Of a DNA stretch of 64,000 nt, positions 30,103-40,746 are shown piece by piece (position 1 is the first letter of the stretch; every line of letters begins with the position of its first letter). Location of the stretch: positions 34,623-98,622 of the IMG/VR virus record IMGVR_UViG_3300023174_000100. One strand, written 5' to 3'. The position numbers and the translations under genes were made by a program. The DNA comes from a virus. The notes beneath the pieces were generated by a model. It had not been told where the DNA came from. It was given only the letters and a program-made list of their open reading frames with translations, and searched no databases.

Positions 30103-31635
30103 TTATTTGATAGTATAAATTATTTTATTTCCTTTTTCATCTACAGCTTGAATTGTTTCTATATTAACTTTTAAATTTTGTAGTGATAAAGATATAAAAG
30201 CAAGAACATCATGAACATCCGAACCATTGTTAACAAAAACACAATGATTATTAAAGAATGAATCTAGATATTCTTTATAATAATTCAATGCTACATCATA
30301 ATTTAACATGCTTTTAACTTTAAAAAATACTTTGTTTATATATATTTTTTTATAAATTCTAGGATTATTTAATTTATCTTTTTCCGGAAGAGACAATTTG
30401 TTAATATTATATAATAATGCGTTTATTTTTTTATCATTCCAAGGATGCTGCACTTTCCATAATAACGATTGTGTAGCATCTATTTCTATGGTAAGATTTC
30501 TAAATGAAGTCCTAGCTTCCGGACTAGGAATTACTGGCTCCTCAGCTTCTACAGGAGGTTTAACTGGTTCTGGTATGATAGTTTTCTTAGATAGCATTTT
30601 ATCTAGCATAGGATAACCGAAACCGTACTCAATATCTTTGCCCTCAACTCCCCCATCAGTGCTATTGGTTGCTAAGAAGGAAATTAAATCTGCTTGAGTT
30701 TTTATTTCTGGATACCACTTAAGAACATGTCCCATGGCAGCGGTTCCGTGTGGAGTAGCCATGCTTGTACCATCCCAAGAAACATAACTATTAGGGTCTT
30801 TAAAGGTAGACCAGATAGAAACACCTGGAGCTATTGCCTCTAATTCATTTCCATATTGAGAAAAATTAGCTCTTCTACCTGATTGATCACAAGCCGCCCA
30901 AGAAATTACTTCCTTATGAGCAGCAGGCCAACCTACCACTCCGCTACCGTCGTTACCGGCAGCAGCATTTACAAAGGCTCCTCTAGCAATAACTTGCTCA
31001 ATTGCTCTTGATATTGCCGGAGTTTCGCTCCCGCCTCCCCAAGAGAAATTGTAAACAAGCAAATAACCTAGTTTTTTATACTCCGTTTCCCATACATTAG
31101 CCGCATGTAAAATTGCGTTTACTAGCCAATCGGATGCGCCAGAACCATTGGAATTTAATCCCTTTTGTGCCATAATAAGATCTTCGGTAGGTACGTCTTT
31201 AACATAGGCAAGACCAAGCGGGAATCCATTAGGATGTTTCCCCATAATAGTACCTGAAACGTGGTGACCATGTCCATGACCATCGATTCCGGTTTTATCC
31301 GTAGTGTGATCCAAGCAAAACTTTTTTGGAACAAATTGATTGCCCGATAATAAATCATTGTGATTTGGATACGCCATGGTATCGACAACACAATACAATA
31401 TTTTACGAGAAGGTTTCTCACCCTTTTTTATTTTTTCAGCAATAAAATCAGTTTTCAAAAACGAATATCCCCAGTTACCATTTGATAATATACTAGATTG
31501 TAATGTTGCGTAAATAGGAGTAGGCGGTGGCGGAAGGATAATATCATGGTTTTCTCCTAAAGCATTAAAATACTTGGCTAATAGATCAAAATTAACTCTT
31601 TGTGCGAATTGTAAATCAGATACGGAAAATTTCAT
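30103..31635 (-). CDS. Subtilisin-like S8 serine protease
   Basis: Triad VVDT / HGHHVSG / GTSMATPH, AAAGN. Confidence 0.92.
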   Translation of the reverse strand: MKFSVSDLQFAQRVNFDLLAKYFNALGENHDIILPPPPTPIYATLQSSILSNGNWGYSFLKTDFIAEKIKKGEKPSRKILYCVVDTMAYPNHNDLLSGNQFVPKKFCLDHTTDKTGIDGHGHGHHVSGTIMGKHPNGFPLGLAYVKDVPTEDLIMAQKGLNSNGSGASDWLVNAILHAANVWETEYKKLGYLLVYNFSWGGGSETPAISRAIEQVIARGAFVNAAAGNDGSGVVGWPAAHKEVISWAACDQSGRRANFSQYGNELEAIAPGVSIWSTFKDPNSYVSWDGTSMATPHGTAAMGHVLKWYPEIKTQADLISFLATNSTDGGVEGKDIEYGFGYPMLDKMLSKKTIIPEPVKPPVEAEEPVIPSPEARTSFRNLTIEIDATQSLLWKVQHPWNDKKINALLYNINKLSLPEKDKLNNPRIYKKIYINKVFFKVKSMLNYDVALNYYKEYLDSFFNNHCVFVNNGSDVHDVLAFISLSLQNLKVNIETIQAVDEKGNKIIYTIK

Positions 31636-31931
31636 AATAATTTTTTTACTTGAGCAATTTTTTTGAGGGCCATATAATTACCAATTAATTTTGATAAACT
31701 AAATAAAACAAGTTTAACTAATTCAAACCAGTTAATTATTTCCTCACCCTCATCATTAAATAAAACATTTCCTTGTTTGTCTGTTTTGAAAATTGTTTTA
31801 TCCATGTTCCTAAAGAAAATTTTCAGAATTTCTCTGAACATATCCTTATCTTCAAGTTTATTTACACCTAAATCTAGCATTTCATACTCAGCTAGAGATT
31901 CCTTCATTTGTTCAATTACTTTTTGGTTCAT
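31632..31931 (-). CDS. Hypothetical protein
   Basis: Coupled ORF. Confidence 0.55.
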   Translation of the reverse strand: MNQKVIEQMKESLAEYEMLDLGVNKLEDKDMFREILKIFFRNMDKTIFKTDKQGNVLFNDEGEEIINWFELVKLVLFSLSKLIGNYMALKKIAQVKKLL

Positions 31932-31965
31932 ATCTTCATTTTTAAATAAATAGTATAGGGCAAAA

Positions 31966-32883
31966 TTATTTTAATCTTTTAGGAAAATATAATTTTTTAA
32001 AATCCCAATATTCTTTCATATACTCAGCTCTAATTTCATAATCAGGACTTGTATGATATCCGGACTTCATCATACATTTACATAAGTTTCTGTAAATTTG
32101 CATTTGAGGAAGACTATAATCTGTTTTTTTACACTTCTCATATCTATTAGCATTAAAAACGGATGCCCATACTTTAAGACCTTCTTCGGTATTTTTAGCG
32201 GAGAAGAATTTTTGTTTTACAGTTCTTCTACGGCCTTTAATGTACTCAACTGTTTTTAAATTAATCCAGTTATGATTACCCAATTTCTTCACTCCTCCAG
32301 GATTGCCGTATAACCTCCATAAATCTGTTTCTACCCCTGCTGAAGTAGCTTCTAATATAAAGTACGCATAAATAAATGATACAGGAAAATCTGTCATATG
32401 ATGTACGGCATATAGAAGAGAGTCATAATTATAAAGTAAGTTTATTCTACGTAAAGTCGTTAGACTAAGTCCATTTAGATTTCTAAATCCTTTATTCTGT
32501 AAATACTCTATAGCCTCAGTATGAGTATATTCTTTAAAATCGTGACCATGAGATCTAGATGAAAATGTTGTAAAAGGAATAGTAAAAGGAACGGATTTGT
32601 TAGGTTTAACCGCAACTCCGTCCTTTACCATATTTACTTTATTTTCTATATACACCGTATCTTTAATTATCTTGTAAGACGATTTTTCTACATACACGGT
32701 ATCATATACATATTTCACAACATATTCAATAGAACCCCCGGAAAATATTTCATGTTTATCATAACTAGGAAAAGAATTATGGCTTGATAAAGACCCTAAA
32801 AGAAAGGATATAACAATAGCCAAACCTAGATATATCGGCAATTTTTTATTTTCCCTCACATAGGTTTCCATTTTTTCTCCCAT
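31966..32883 (-). CDS. GH73 glucosaminidase/muramidase-like protein with N-terminal TM
   Basis: ILEAT...N.GGVK...GYHTSPDY; hydrophobic N-terminus. Confidence 0.7.
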   Translation of the reverse strand: MGEKMETYVRENKKLPIYLGLAIVISFLLGSLSSHNSFPSYDKHEIFSGGSIEYVVKYVYDTVYVEKSSYKIIKDTVYIENKVNMVKDGVAVKPNKSVPFTIPFTTFSSRSHGHDFKEYTHTEAIEYLQNKGFRNLNGLSLTTLRRINLLYNYDSLLYAVHHMTDFPVSFIYAYFILEATSAGVETDLWRLYGNPGGVKKLGNHNWINLKTVEYIKGRRRTVKQKFFSAKNTEEGLKVWASVFNANRYEKCKKTDYSLPQMQIYRNLCKCMMKSGYHTSPDYEIRAEYMKEYWDFKKLYFPKRLK

Positions 32884-32885
32884 TT

Positions 32886-33461
32886 TTACACTCTTTCAAT
32901 TCCCGGAGAATCGATGTGAGACATATCGGCTTCTTCATAAGACATAGGTTTCAACATTTTACCATCAGAGGTTCTAGATAAATAAAAATAATCTTCCCCC
33001 TCAAAATTTACAGATTTAACATCTACAGTTTCTCCTCCTTCAATCATTTGATACTTTTTTCTTACTGCTAAAACTTGAGATTCCGCCATAGTTTTTGAAG
33101 GTAAAAACTTAGAAAAATTACTTTCATTTACTCTCTGCAAAGATTCAACAACAGGTATATTCATTATCTCTAATATACCTACTAATGTGTAAATAATATC
33201 TATAGACTCTTTAGCAATATTTCTGCGGTCTAATATATCAAAATCTACATTATCTTGTAAATCGCTTTCATCAAGTACAACAAATTCATCTATAAATTCT
33301 GCGACTTCGTCCATAAACAAAGATAAAGCATTTTGTACATGTTCCACAGATTTTTCTTCATGTCGACCTAACATTTTTTGAAATTTAACAACTTGTTCTA
33401 AAGAGTCCTTTTTCATTTTTAAAGATTTTGTTTTGTTATAAAAAATTTTTAGTATGCTCAC
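32886..33461 (-). CDS. MazG/PRA-PH-like NTP pyrophosphohydrolase
   Basis: DEVAEF, KESIDIIY, V.ESNFSK, DGKMLKP..Y. Confidence 0.8.
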   Translation of the reverse strand: MSILKIFYNKTKSLKMKKDSLEQVVKFQKMLGRHEEKSVEHVQNALSLFMDEVAEFIDEFVVLDESDLQDNVDFDILDRRNIAKESIDIIYTLVGILEIMNIPVVESLQRVNESNFSKFLPSKTMAESQVLAVRKKYQMIEGGETVDVKSVNFEGEDYFYLSRTSDGKMLKPMSYEEADMSHIDSPGIERV

Positions 33462-33525
33462 ATATTACGTGTGAGTTATGTTATAAAATATTACTTTGTT
33501 TGAGAGGAAATCGAAAAAGAATTAG

Positions 33526-33597
33526 TAGCGGGAGCTGGAGTCGAACTAGCAGTATAGGATCATGAGTCCTATGTGTTAACCATTACACTATCCCGCT
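33526..33597 (-). tRNA. tRNA with CAT anticodon (Met or Ile2)
   Basis: Reverse complement folds: AGCGGGA/TCCCGCT acceptor, TAGGA-CTCATGA-TCCTA anticodon arm, TTCGACT loop; CCA not encoded. Confidence 0.85.
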
Positions 33598-33740
33598 TTT
33601 TTATTTATTACAGTAGTATATATAATACTTTCTTGTAAAAGTATTTTTACCTTAAAAACTTTTCCCGAAGATAAAAGGTTTTCTTTCGCGTTATTTTCTT
33701 TATTCATCGTAATATTTCAACAAATATAAGAAAAAAAAGT

Positions 33741-34136
33741 TTACCGCGCAAGTTTTTTTCTCTTTATCCAAGATTTTATTTCTTTTCTTACACTTAACTT
33801 AAAGAAATCAAAGTACACAAAAGTTTTATCTCTGATGTAAAAATTGCCATTCCATAAAGAATAACAATAGATAAAATCGTATTCTGTTATAATTCTGTTG
33901 TCTCTATCTATGTATAAATTGCTCATTAACTCGTATATAAAACTTTCTTTATTTTTCATGACTTTTCCTCCATAGGTATATACACCGTCTCGGTAAACTC
34001 CCCAGGGCCCGTAGTTAATTGATATAGAATCTTTATACTCTTGACTAAGGAGTAAAGTACTAGCTAACAATAGCAGTATAGTCAAATAAATTTTCATTAG
34101 TTTATTTTTTAGCATAAATATGTACTTATAGTACAA
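33741..34136 (-). CDS. Secreted hypothetical protein
   Basis: Signal-peptide-like MKIYLTILLLLASTLLLS. Confidence 0.55.
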   Translation of the reverse strand: MYYKYIFMLKNKLMKIYLTILLLLASTLLLSQEYKDSISINYGPWGVYRDGVYTYGGKVMKNKESFIYELMSNLYIDRDNRIITEYDFIYCYSLWNGNFYIRDKTFVYFDFFKLSVRKEIKSWIKRKKLAR

Positions 34137-34160
34137 TTACAAGCATTTTTTTAAACTATT

Positions 34161-34421
34161 CTACATTTTTTTATTATTCATATACTTCATGCTAATAAAT
34201 TTTCCACTAAAGCTACCCAAGATATAGGATGCTATCATGTATAAATTTCCTTGTATTAAAGCATCAATAGAAAAATATAATGATGCTAAAGATATTACGT
34301 TTATCATAATGGTATTTATCAAAGATTTAGTAATTTGATTATTATATGTATATCTTATTTCTAATGTCTTTAAAATGTTAAAAAATACTTGAAATGTAAA
34401 AAGAAGTATACAGTCAAACAT
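34161..34421 (-). CDS. Small membrane protein (DUF5698-like)
   Basis: Three hydrophobic segments, YILGS..G. Confidence 0.55.
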   Translation of the reverse strand: MFDCILLFTFQVFFNILKTLEIRYTYNNQITKSLINTIMINVISLASLYFSIDALIQGNLYMIASYILGSFSGKFISMKYMNNKKM

Positions 34422-34423
34422 TA

Positions 34424-36295
34424 TTATTTAATTGTATTGTTTGATATAAAAATTTTCTTATAGTATTTATTATTTCCTAATAAAATATAAATTCCTGTTG
34501 CTAATTTTCTTTGTTTATCATTTAAGTCATTAATACTATTACCGGATCCCACTAAAACACCGTTAAGATTATATAGTTTCCATTCGCTAAATAAATCTGT
34601 AAATAGCATGTCATTAAAATTCAAAAACATGTTCCATCTATCAATTTGCATTTCATCATTCATCCAATCATTGTACATTATATTATCTTTGGACAGAGGT
34701 AAAAGATTTTGATTTATTTTTTTTACAGTTTGATTATTAAGACATAATTTTATTGAATCATTTGTTCTGTATACATTAGATATTTCATAAATAACAATAG
34801 AATCATGATGTATAGAAAAGTTTATTTTATTCACAAAAGGAGGCTTAGCCATATGTCTTATAGTCAAAGTAAAACAGGAGTCTTTTAAAATACAAACCGA
34901 AGTATCTTGTGTTAACCTCTTTTGATTTGGATTATACTCTAATACTATTTTATTGTTTTGTTTTATAGAATAGTAAAAATCCTCAAAAAATTTATTCGCA
35001 GAAATTTTTATATTTATCTTTGTGTAAGAAGAATCTTTACCCGGACATTCTTTACTTTCAGGCAAATATTTTTCTAGACAATTAGCGAAAGATACTTTTT
35101 GGCGTATTAAATTTCCGGGCTGCAATCCAAAGCCCCATTTATAATCTACTCCTACATTTAGATTTAAGTGACAGTAAGACATTATAGTCCCTTTTGTGTA
35201 TGGGGTAATTTCAGGAGTTTTGCAGGGAACAGGACCGGTAGGCTCTATAAACCAACAACCATCAAGCGCAGTATTATTTCCATTCCAAGAACATGATTGT
35301 GTGTGCGGAGAACCTATGTTATGCCCAATTTCATGTGTCATTACGTGAGAGTTCCAAGAATAATTCGGATAAGGTAAGGTATTCTCCGTTAATCCAGAAT
35401 AACTAGTTCTATAAAAAGGATCATCACATAATGAATTCAACCACGCAACACCAAAAGATCCTTCAAGAGATACTAATTTTCCAAAGGTTTCTGTCAAAGG
35501 TTGTTTTCTCATTTGATAACCAAAACTAAATAACATCTCATAACTATTATAAGTATACCCACTAGGAGTATCCCATATTTTTAACCTGTTTATTTTTATG
35601 TTTATTTTTTCATTCTTGTACAGTATAAAAGTTTGCGCAAATACATTCTCTATAAAACTAATTACTTTTTTAGCACTACCTAGCTTAGTATACATGCCAT
35701 AATCAGCTTCAATATACATGGTTATTAATTTATCTACAGGAGTACCTACCTTTTTATTTACTTCATTCGTAATTACACTCCCCTCCCTATCTAACATAAC
35801 ACACTTAAAATTTGTAGTATCTTTGTAATTTTCTTGATTCCACGTTCCGTAAAGCAATCCATCTACAGAAGAAAAAATCCATCCTTGGCCATCACCCATA
35901 ATATGAGAGTAGAAAACGTCTTTATCTATAACAACACTAGCAAATCCTCCATCATCTCCTCGCACTTTTCCATAGTAAACTAAACAAGTAGGTTTATGGG
36001 ATTTTCCAGAACTTGTATATATACTCGCGCTATCCGTAAATAAATCAATTCTCTCCAAATCTATAATCTCTTTTCTTTTTGGAGTAGGTAAAATAATGGA
36101 AACACTATCAGGCTTCGACTCAAAAATATAATCTACCTGGCTTTTGTTTATCATCATATATTTTACATGTTGTACCTCTTCTTCAATTAACGAAAAAAAT
36201 TCATCTTTGAAAAATATAGATACCGGATTTTCTTTTTGTGCATGTAGCGAAAAAAAGAAAAAAAACAAAGAAATAATACTAAATACTTTTTTCAT
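34424..36295 (-). CDS. M12B/reprolysin-like zinc metalloprotease with signal peptide and T9SS-type C-terminal domain
   Basis: HEIGHNIGSPH, Met-turn TIMSY, C-terminal LYNLNG...LATGIYIL...KKIFI. Confidence 0.85.
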   Translation of the reverse strand: MKKVFSIISLFFFFFSLHAQKENPVSIFFKDEFFSLIEEEVQHVKYMMINKSQVDYIFESKPDSVSIILPTPKRKEIIDLERIDLFTDSASIYTSSGKSHKPTCLVYYGKVRGDDGGFASVVIDKDVFYSHIMGDGQGWIFSSVDGLLYGTWNQENYKDTTNFKCVMLDREGSVITNEVNKKVGTPVDKLITMYIEADYGMYTKLGSAKKVISFIENVFAQTFILYKNEKINIKINRLKIWDTPSGYTYNSYEMLFSFGYQMRKQPLTETFGKLVSLEGSFGVAWLNSLCDDPFYRTSYSGLTENTLPYPNYSWNSHVMTHEIGHNIGSPHTQSCSWNGNNTALDGCWFIEPTGPVPCKTPEITPYTKGTIMSYCHLNLNVGVDYKWGFGLQPGNLIRQKVSFANCLEKYLPESKECPGKDSSYTKINIKISANKFFEDFYYSIKQNNKIVLEYNPNQKRLTQDTSVCILKDSCFTLTIRHMAKPPFVNKINFSIHHDSIVIYEISNVYRTNDSIKLCLNNQTVKKINQNLLPLSKDNIMYNDWMNDEMQIDRWNMFLNFNDMLFTDLFSEWKLYNLNGVLVGSGNSINDLNDKQRKLATGIYILLGNNKYYKKIFISNNTIK

Positions 36296-36297
36296 TT

Positions 36298-36861
36298 TTA
36301 ACTTGGGTTTAGTTTGTAATTTTCATATAATTTTTCTAAATCCTGCATGTTAATATCACTCTTCGGCCGGGCCTGGATTAATGTACCAGTTTGCTTTATA
36401 ATCTCAATATAAGGAAGGATATCGTGGTAGTGAGCCCGATTAGTAAAGTCGTGTATTAAAATTGATTGTACGCGATTTATGACAGCTTTACAGGCACATG
36501 CTACACGAAATCTACCGTCAACTAATACAACATCAATGTTTTTGTAGTTGTCAATAGCAGAAGAATACAAAGGAAAGTTGTTTTGCTTGGTATTATTTAT
36601 CGGCCTACCCATATCTCCAGCATTAATATCAATAGCCAGGAAAGTTATATCTGGGTGGACCTTTACTTGCTCATACTGCTTAATCTCATCTATCCACATT
36701 TTTTGAGACTCTACGGAAACAATCTTCTTTGCCCCTAACTCACACGCCCGAAAAGTACTCCCCCCGCATCCAAATTCAAAATAAAAACCGCAATTCCTCA
36801 CTACATCCTCAAACATCTTTATCTCATCTTCCTTCATTAACATTTTCGGAGTCTTCTTCAT
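36298..36861 (-). CDS. SAM-dependent methyltransferase-like protein
   Basis: FEFGCGGST, SVES, LVDGRFRVAC, IHDF. Confidence 0.75.
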   Translation of the reverse strand: MKKTPKMLMKEDEIKMFEDVVRNCGFYFEFGCGGSTFRACELGAKKIVSVESQKMWIDEIKQYEQVKVHPDITFLAIDINAGDMGRPINNTKQNNFPLYSSAIDNYKNIDVVLVDGRFRVACACKAVINRVQSILIHDFTNRAHYHDILPYIEIIKQTGTLIQARPKSDINMQDLEKLYENYKLNPS

Positions 36862-37720
36862 ATCATTATTTTTTCATGTTGCTTCTCTCATATAAGTACA
36901 TTTAGAGACATCACTTTTTTCATTTCATTTCATTTTACATATTATCATCATTTCATTTTATACATTTTCTCTACATTTACTTATCATTGTTTTTAAAGTT
37001 ATATTTCATGCTTTCTTAAATGTTATTTTTCATCCTTTTTTCATTTAATATTTCATGTTATTTTAAATCTTATTTTCATTTTGAGTTCATGTTATTTTTA
37101 ATTTCTATTTCATGTATCTTGTCATTTTTATTTGATGTATGTCTCATGTTATATGGATTCCAAAAGACATCTGTGGTAATTTTTTTTCCCGCCGGTTTTT
37201 TAAATATTGATTCCGGAGAAGTGCCGAAACTGTATAGGGAAAATCGTAAAAGCCTGATAATTAATAGGTTGCCTAGTAAGTTACTTCAAATGGTATATAA
37301 ATAACTAGTAGGGAAAAAAATGGACCTCGATATGAAAAGAGGTATATTTGCGCACGTTAAATTTGCGTTTTTTGTAGCTTATCGAAAATATCCAGGAGGC
37401 TAGAACCCAATAACCATGCGGGTTTTGGCGGATCGGTCCTTTTTTTGAAAATTTTTTTAGCCTAATGCTTGACAGCCAATATCTGAAAACCGATATTTGT
37501 GGTGTACTTAATCGGTTACGAAGTACGACGCACTAAAAAAGTTTAGCGCGTATATTTGAAAGACTGAAAAATGCTTTACTTACAATGTGAGGAACATAAA
37601 TAAAGTAAAGTATGGAATAAAAAAAATTAAAAAAACTTTGCAAATAGTTTTTACTTTCAAAAAAAGTTTTTAGATTTGCACTAACAAATTAATTATCTTT
37701 TTAACCTTTAAATTTTCGTT

Positions 37721-37840
37721 ATGAAAACTTCACAAAAAATTGTATGTATCGTTATTATTTTAGCTTTATTTGCTACTCTTTTTTATGTAGTATGCAAATT
37801 TGTAGACACGGCTAACGCCGGTTTACACGGTACTTTCTAA
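37721..37840 (+). CDS. 39-aa membrane peptide
   Basis: Not in the ORF track; follows TAGATTTG promoter box and typical leader; one TM segment. Confidence 0.5.
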   Translation: MKTSQKIVCIVIILALFATLFYVVCKFVDTANAGLHGTF

Positions 37841-37912
37841 AAAAAACAGTGGGGCGCGCATACTTAAAACGCGTAATTTTAACCACTTTTTAATCTTTTA
37901 AATTTTTTAGCT

Positions 37913-38143
37913 ATGTTTAACTTATTAACATCATTAACACACGAACAACTTTTTTGGTCCTTATTAGCCTCTATAACAATGATTTTACTATCTTTGGGCT
38001 ATTTCATAATATGGATTGATAAGGTCATAAAAACAGACCCAAATAAACGAAATACTACTTTACTATTTTTTTGGTTATATTTACAAGTTATCCTATTTGC
38101 CATTGAATTGGACTGTTTAATCTATTGCATAAATCACGCTTAA
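37913..38143 (+). CDS. Small two-TM protein
   Basis: Leader with AACCACTT; hydrophobic. Confidence 0.6.
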   Translation: MFNLLTSLTHEQLFWSLLASITMILLSLGYFIIWIDKVIKTDPNKRNTTLLFFWLYLQVILFAIELDCLIYCINHA

Positions 38144-38174
38144 AAAAATCATTAACCTTTTTAAATTTTTAGTT

Positions 38175-38327
38175 ATGCTTTACAATGTGAAATTTTATGT
38201 TTACCGCAAATGTGCAGTAAACGCTATTAATAAGAATCCACATAAATATGTGAATTCTTATAAAAAAGTTGAGTTTTTTGGTAAAATATATTACCAAATA
38301 ACAGAAATAGAGGGAATACCTCTATAA
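38175..38327 (+). CDS. 50-aa hypothetical protein
   Basis: Typical leader TTAACCTTTT...GTTATG. Confidence 0.4.
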   Translation: MLYNVKFYVYRKCAVNAINKNPHKYVNSYKKVEFFGKIYYQITEIEGIPL

Positions 38328-38389
38328 AAAGTCGGTGGGGCGCGCATACCAACAACGCGTAAATTTTTTAATCACTTAAATTTTATATT

Positions 38390-38635
38390 ATGATTACGAT
38401 TGAGTTTAAAAGAAACGGCGCTTTCTTCGCCGCCTATGTGCAAAAGGAAACAGAGAAAGCATACCAATGTGAGATCCTTCATATAGATATTCATTGGGGC
38501 GGCGCGGTAAAATTAAATAGACTGGTATGGTTGCCTAAGTCAGCGGTAAACAATAATAAGTTAGCTCAATGGTTAGTAAATAAACTAGACCTTAGCGGGT
38601 CATGGGAGGGTGTGCCACCTACCTATCCAAACTAA
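38390..38635 (+). CDS. Hypothetical protein
   Basis: AATCACTTAAA leader; followed by a terminator. Confidence 0.65.
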   Translation: MITIEFKRNGAFFAAYVQKETEKAYQCEILHIDIHWGGAVKLNRLVWLPKSAVNNNKLAQWLVNKLDLSGSWEGVPPTYPN

Positions 38636-38640
38636 ACAGA

Positions 38641-38674
38641 AACCCCGGCCGGTGACGGTTCGGGGTTTTTTTTT
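38641..38674 (+). terminator. Intrinsic terminator
   Basis: AACCCCGG..CCG/CGG..CGGGGTT plus T run. Confidence 0.8.
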
Positions 38675-38739
38675 GCCCGGCTCTAACCTCGATTAGATCC
38701 GGGCTTCGCCCGATGAAGTGGGGGGGGCACCCAACGACA

Positions 38740-39402
38740 CACACATACAATAGACAGGCATACAATAGATAGTGCATTAGAGAGACCATTAGACAGGCAT
38801 ACAATAGACAGGACAATATCGCGGGGCCCAATTACATCACACACACTACATACATCACACACATTAGATACATTAGATACACATGATACAATAGATGATA
38901 GATAGATGATAGATGAATAGGATATAATAAAACATATAATGAATTGCCTGATAAGATATGTACCATGTATATTAGATGTATATTAGATGTTATATAGATT
39001 AAATGATATACCTTATGTTGTATAGATGTTATATAGATTAAATGATGTTATATTAGATGATAGATAGATGTATATTAGATATTATATTTTTTATTTAATG
39101 TTATATAGATAGATATTAGGATATGTAATATAAATGTTGTATATTAGATGTATGTTAGATAGATGTATTATTAGATGTATATATAAGATAATGTATATAG
39201 AATGAATAATAAGAATGTATGATAGATGTTATATAAGATGATATAGTATAATGTAGTTTAGATGTTATGATAGATGTTATAGTAAGATGTAATTTAAATG
39301 ATGATTAGATGTGTATTGAGATAGATATGTTATGATAGATGATTAGTGTATGCTGGATGTTAGATATTAAAATGTATGTTAGATTATATGATAGTTCCCC
39401 GC
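38740..39402. repeat. Low-complexity non-coding tract (CAATAGACAGG repeats, then TAGATG/TATATTAGATG repeats)
   Basis: No credible ORF; many short repeats; GCGGGG at 38821 and CCCCGC at 39397. Confidence 0.8.
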
Positions 39403-39549
39403 AAAAAAACAAACAGAACAGCACAATAGAACGGCACCGACGGACAGACCCATATAAAAGACGGACCGAACGAATTTTGATAGGGATGACTAACAGGAAG
39501 CCCGAGTAAATTTTTTGCGGATCAAATATCGTATTTTTAGCAAAATAAT

Positions 39550-39612
39550 TGACAAAATATTAGGAATATACAGTAACTGGTTGTATTTTTGAGTCATTGT
39601 TAACCACTTAAA
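39550..39612 (+). promoter_or_regulatory. Bacteroidota-type promoter and leader (representative of those after each type A repeat)
   Basis: -7 box TATTTTTG (TAnnTTTG) then AACCACTTAAA leader; variants TATATTTG and TATCTTCG in sister cassettes. Confidence 0.75.
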
Positions 39613-39621
39613 TATTTTGTT

Positions 39622-39834
39622 ATGTACGAAGTAAAGTTTTCTGAAGTTAAGGCTTCAAAATTTGTTCAGTTGAAAACTGGCAAATGGGCGGGTATTACTC
39701 GCGAAGGTATGATTTATGTTTCAGTTGAAAAGTATGCCATAGGTGATGCTCCTGATGACATACGAAAGACAGAAGCTATCTTGGCAACACCAGAAGAGCG
39801 TTCAAGTTTTCACTTGTTCTACTCTAAATGCTAG
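39622..39834 (+). CDS. Cassette hypothetical protein
   Basis: Own promoter and leader. Confidence 0.7.
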   Translation: MYEVKFSEVKASKFVQLKTGKWAGITREGMIYVSVEKYAIGDAPDDIRKTEAILATPEERSSFHLFYSKC

Positions 39835-39837
39835 AAA

Positions 39838-39882
39838 AAGGCCCCGCGGTAAAACGCGGGGCTATTTTTAACCACTTAAATT
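39838..39882 (+). repeat. Intra-cassette hairpin and leader, 4 copies (39838, 40568, 41263, 43641)
   Basis: AGCCCCGCGGTGACAGAGCGGGGCTATTTTTAACCACTTAAA (39838 is a loop variant). Confidence 0.85.
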
Positions 39883-39891
39883 TAAAAAAAA

Positions 39892-40083
39892 ATGAGAGTA
39901 GATTTTGGTTTTGATTTTTTTAGCTTTCGTTACGGTAAAGCAAAAATAACAGTAAGGTCTAGAGATTTCAAGGTCCTTAAAATTGAAGGAGATGCTACCA
40001 AATGGAACGAGTTAGACTATGACTCACAATACGAGGAAATAGTAGAACAGTACGATATAGTTTGGGAAAGTATGTTTGATTAA
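39892..40083 (+). CDS. Cassette hypothetical protein (acidic C-terminus)
   Basis: Leader motif. Confidence 0.65.
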   Translation: MRVDFGFDFFSFRYGKAKITVRSRDFKVLKIEGDATKWNELDYDSQYEEIVEQYDIVWESMFD

Positions 40084-40309
40084 CAAACGGAAGCCTTCGG
40101 ACGGAAACGGACGGAGGCTCTCTCTTATTTACCGGAACGTAGCTAGAAAGGGCTAGCGTATTTCAATCGGGCTGACTAACAGGAAGCCCGAGTAAATTTT
40201 TTGGGGATCAAATATGGTGCTTTTGGTAAAATAATTGCCAAAATATTAGGAATATAGCTTAACTGGTTGTATCTTCGAGTCATAATTAATTACTTAAACT
40301 TTTTCACTT

Positions 40310-40564
40310 ATGGAAAATCCATTTTATGTGGTTTTGGCTAAATTCCCTGGAGCCAATAAACAAAAGTATGTTGTTGAGGTCATCGTTAAATTTTACGATG
40401 ATGAGAATTGCAAAACTATTGGGTATTTGCAACACCCAGAAAGAAAAGAAGACGTAAAAGTCTTTGAAAATTTCTCTGAAATTGCAAAAAGATTTCTCCT
40501 TATGGAAGGGAAATGGAGAAAATGTACAAAAAGAGAGTTGAAAATGCTGAACTCAAAAAATTAA
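40310..40564 (+). CDS. Cassette hypothetical protein
   Basis: Promoter and leader essentially identical to those of 40971. Confidence 0.7.
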   Translation: MENPFYVVLAKFPGANKQKYVVEVIVKFYDDENCKTIGYLQHPERKEDVKVFENFSEIAKRFLLMEGKWRKCTKRELKMLNSKN

Positions 40565-40620
40565 TCGAAAGCCCCGCGGTGACAGAGCGGGGCTATTTTT
40601 AACCACTTAAACAAAAAATT

Positions 40621-40746
40621 ATGAGCCACGAAGAGTTTTTAAGAACCTTAGTAACCGAGGAGTTACTTGATGACTATGAGGCGGACCTCTTAGTATGTGA
40701 ATTAATTGAGGGACAAGAGGAAGAGGACGAAGAGGAAGAAGAGTAG
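40621..40746 (+). CDS. 41-aa very acidic peptide
   Basis: MSHEEFLRTLVTEELLDDYEADLLVCELIEGQEEEDEEEEE; leader motif. Confidence 0.65.
   Translation: MSHEEFLRTLVTEELLDDYEADLLVCELIEGQEEEDEEEEE

Noticed and set aside
37020-37304. 94-aa ORF in the ORF track
   Set aside because: Arises from a T-rich low-complexity tract; no leader motif.
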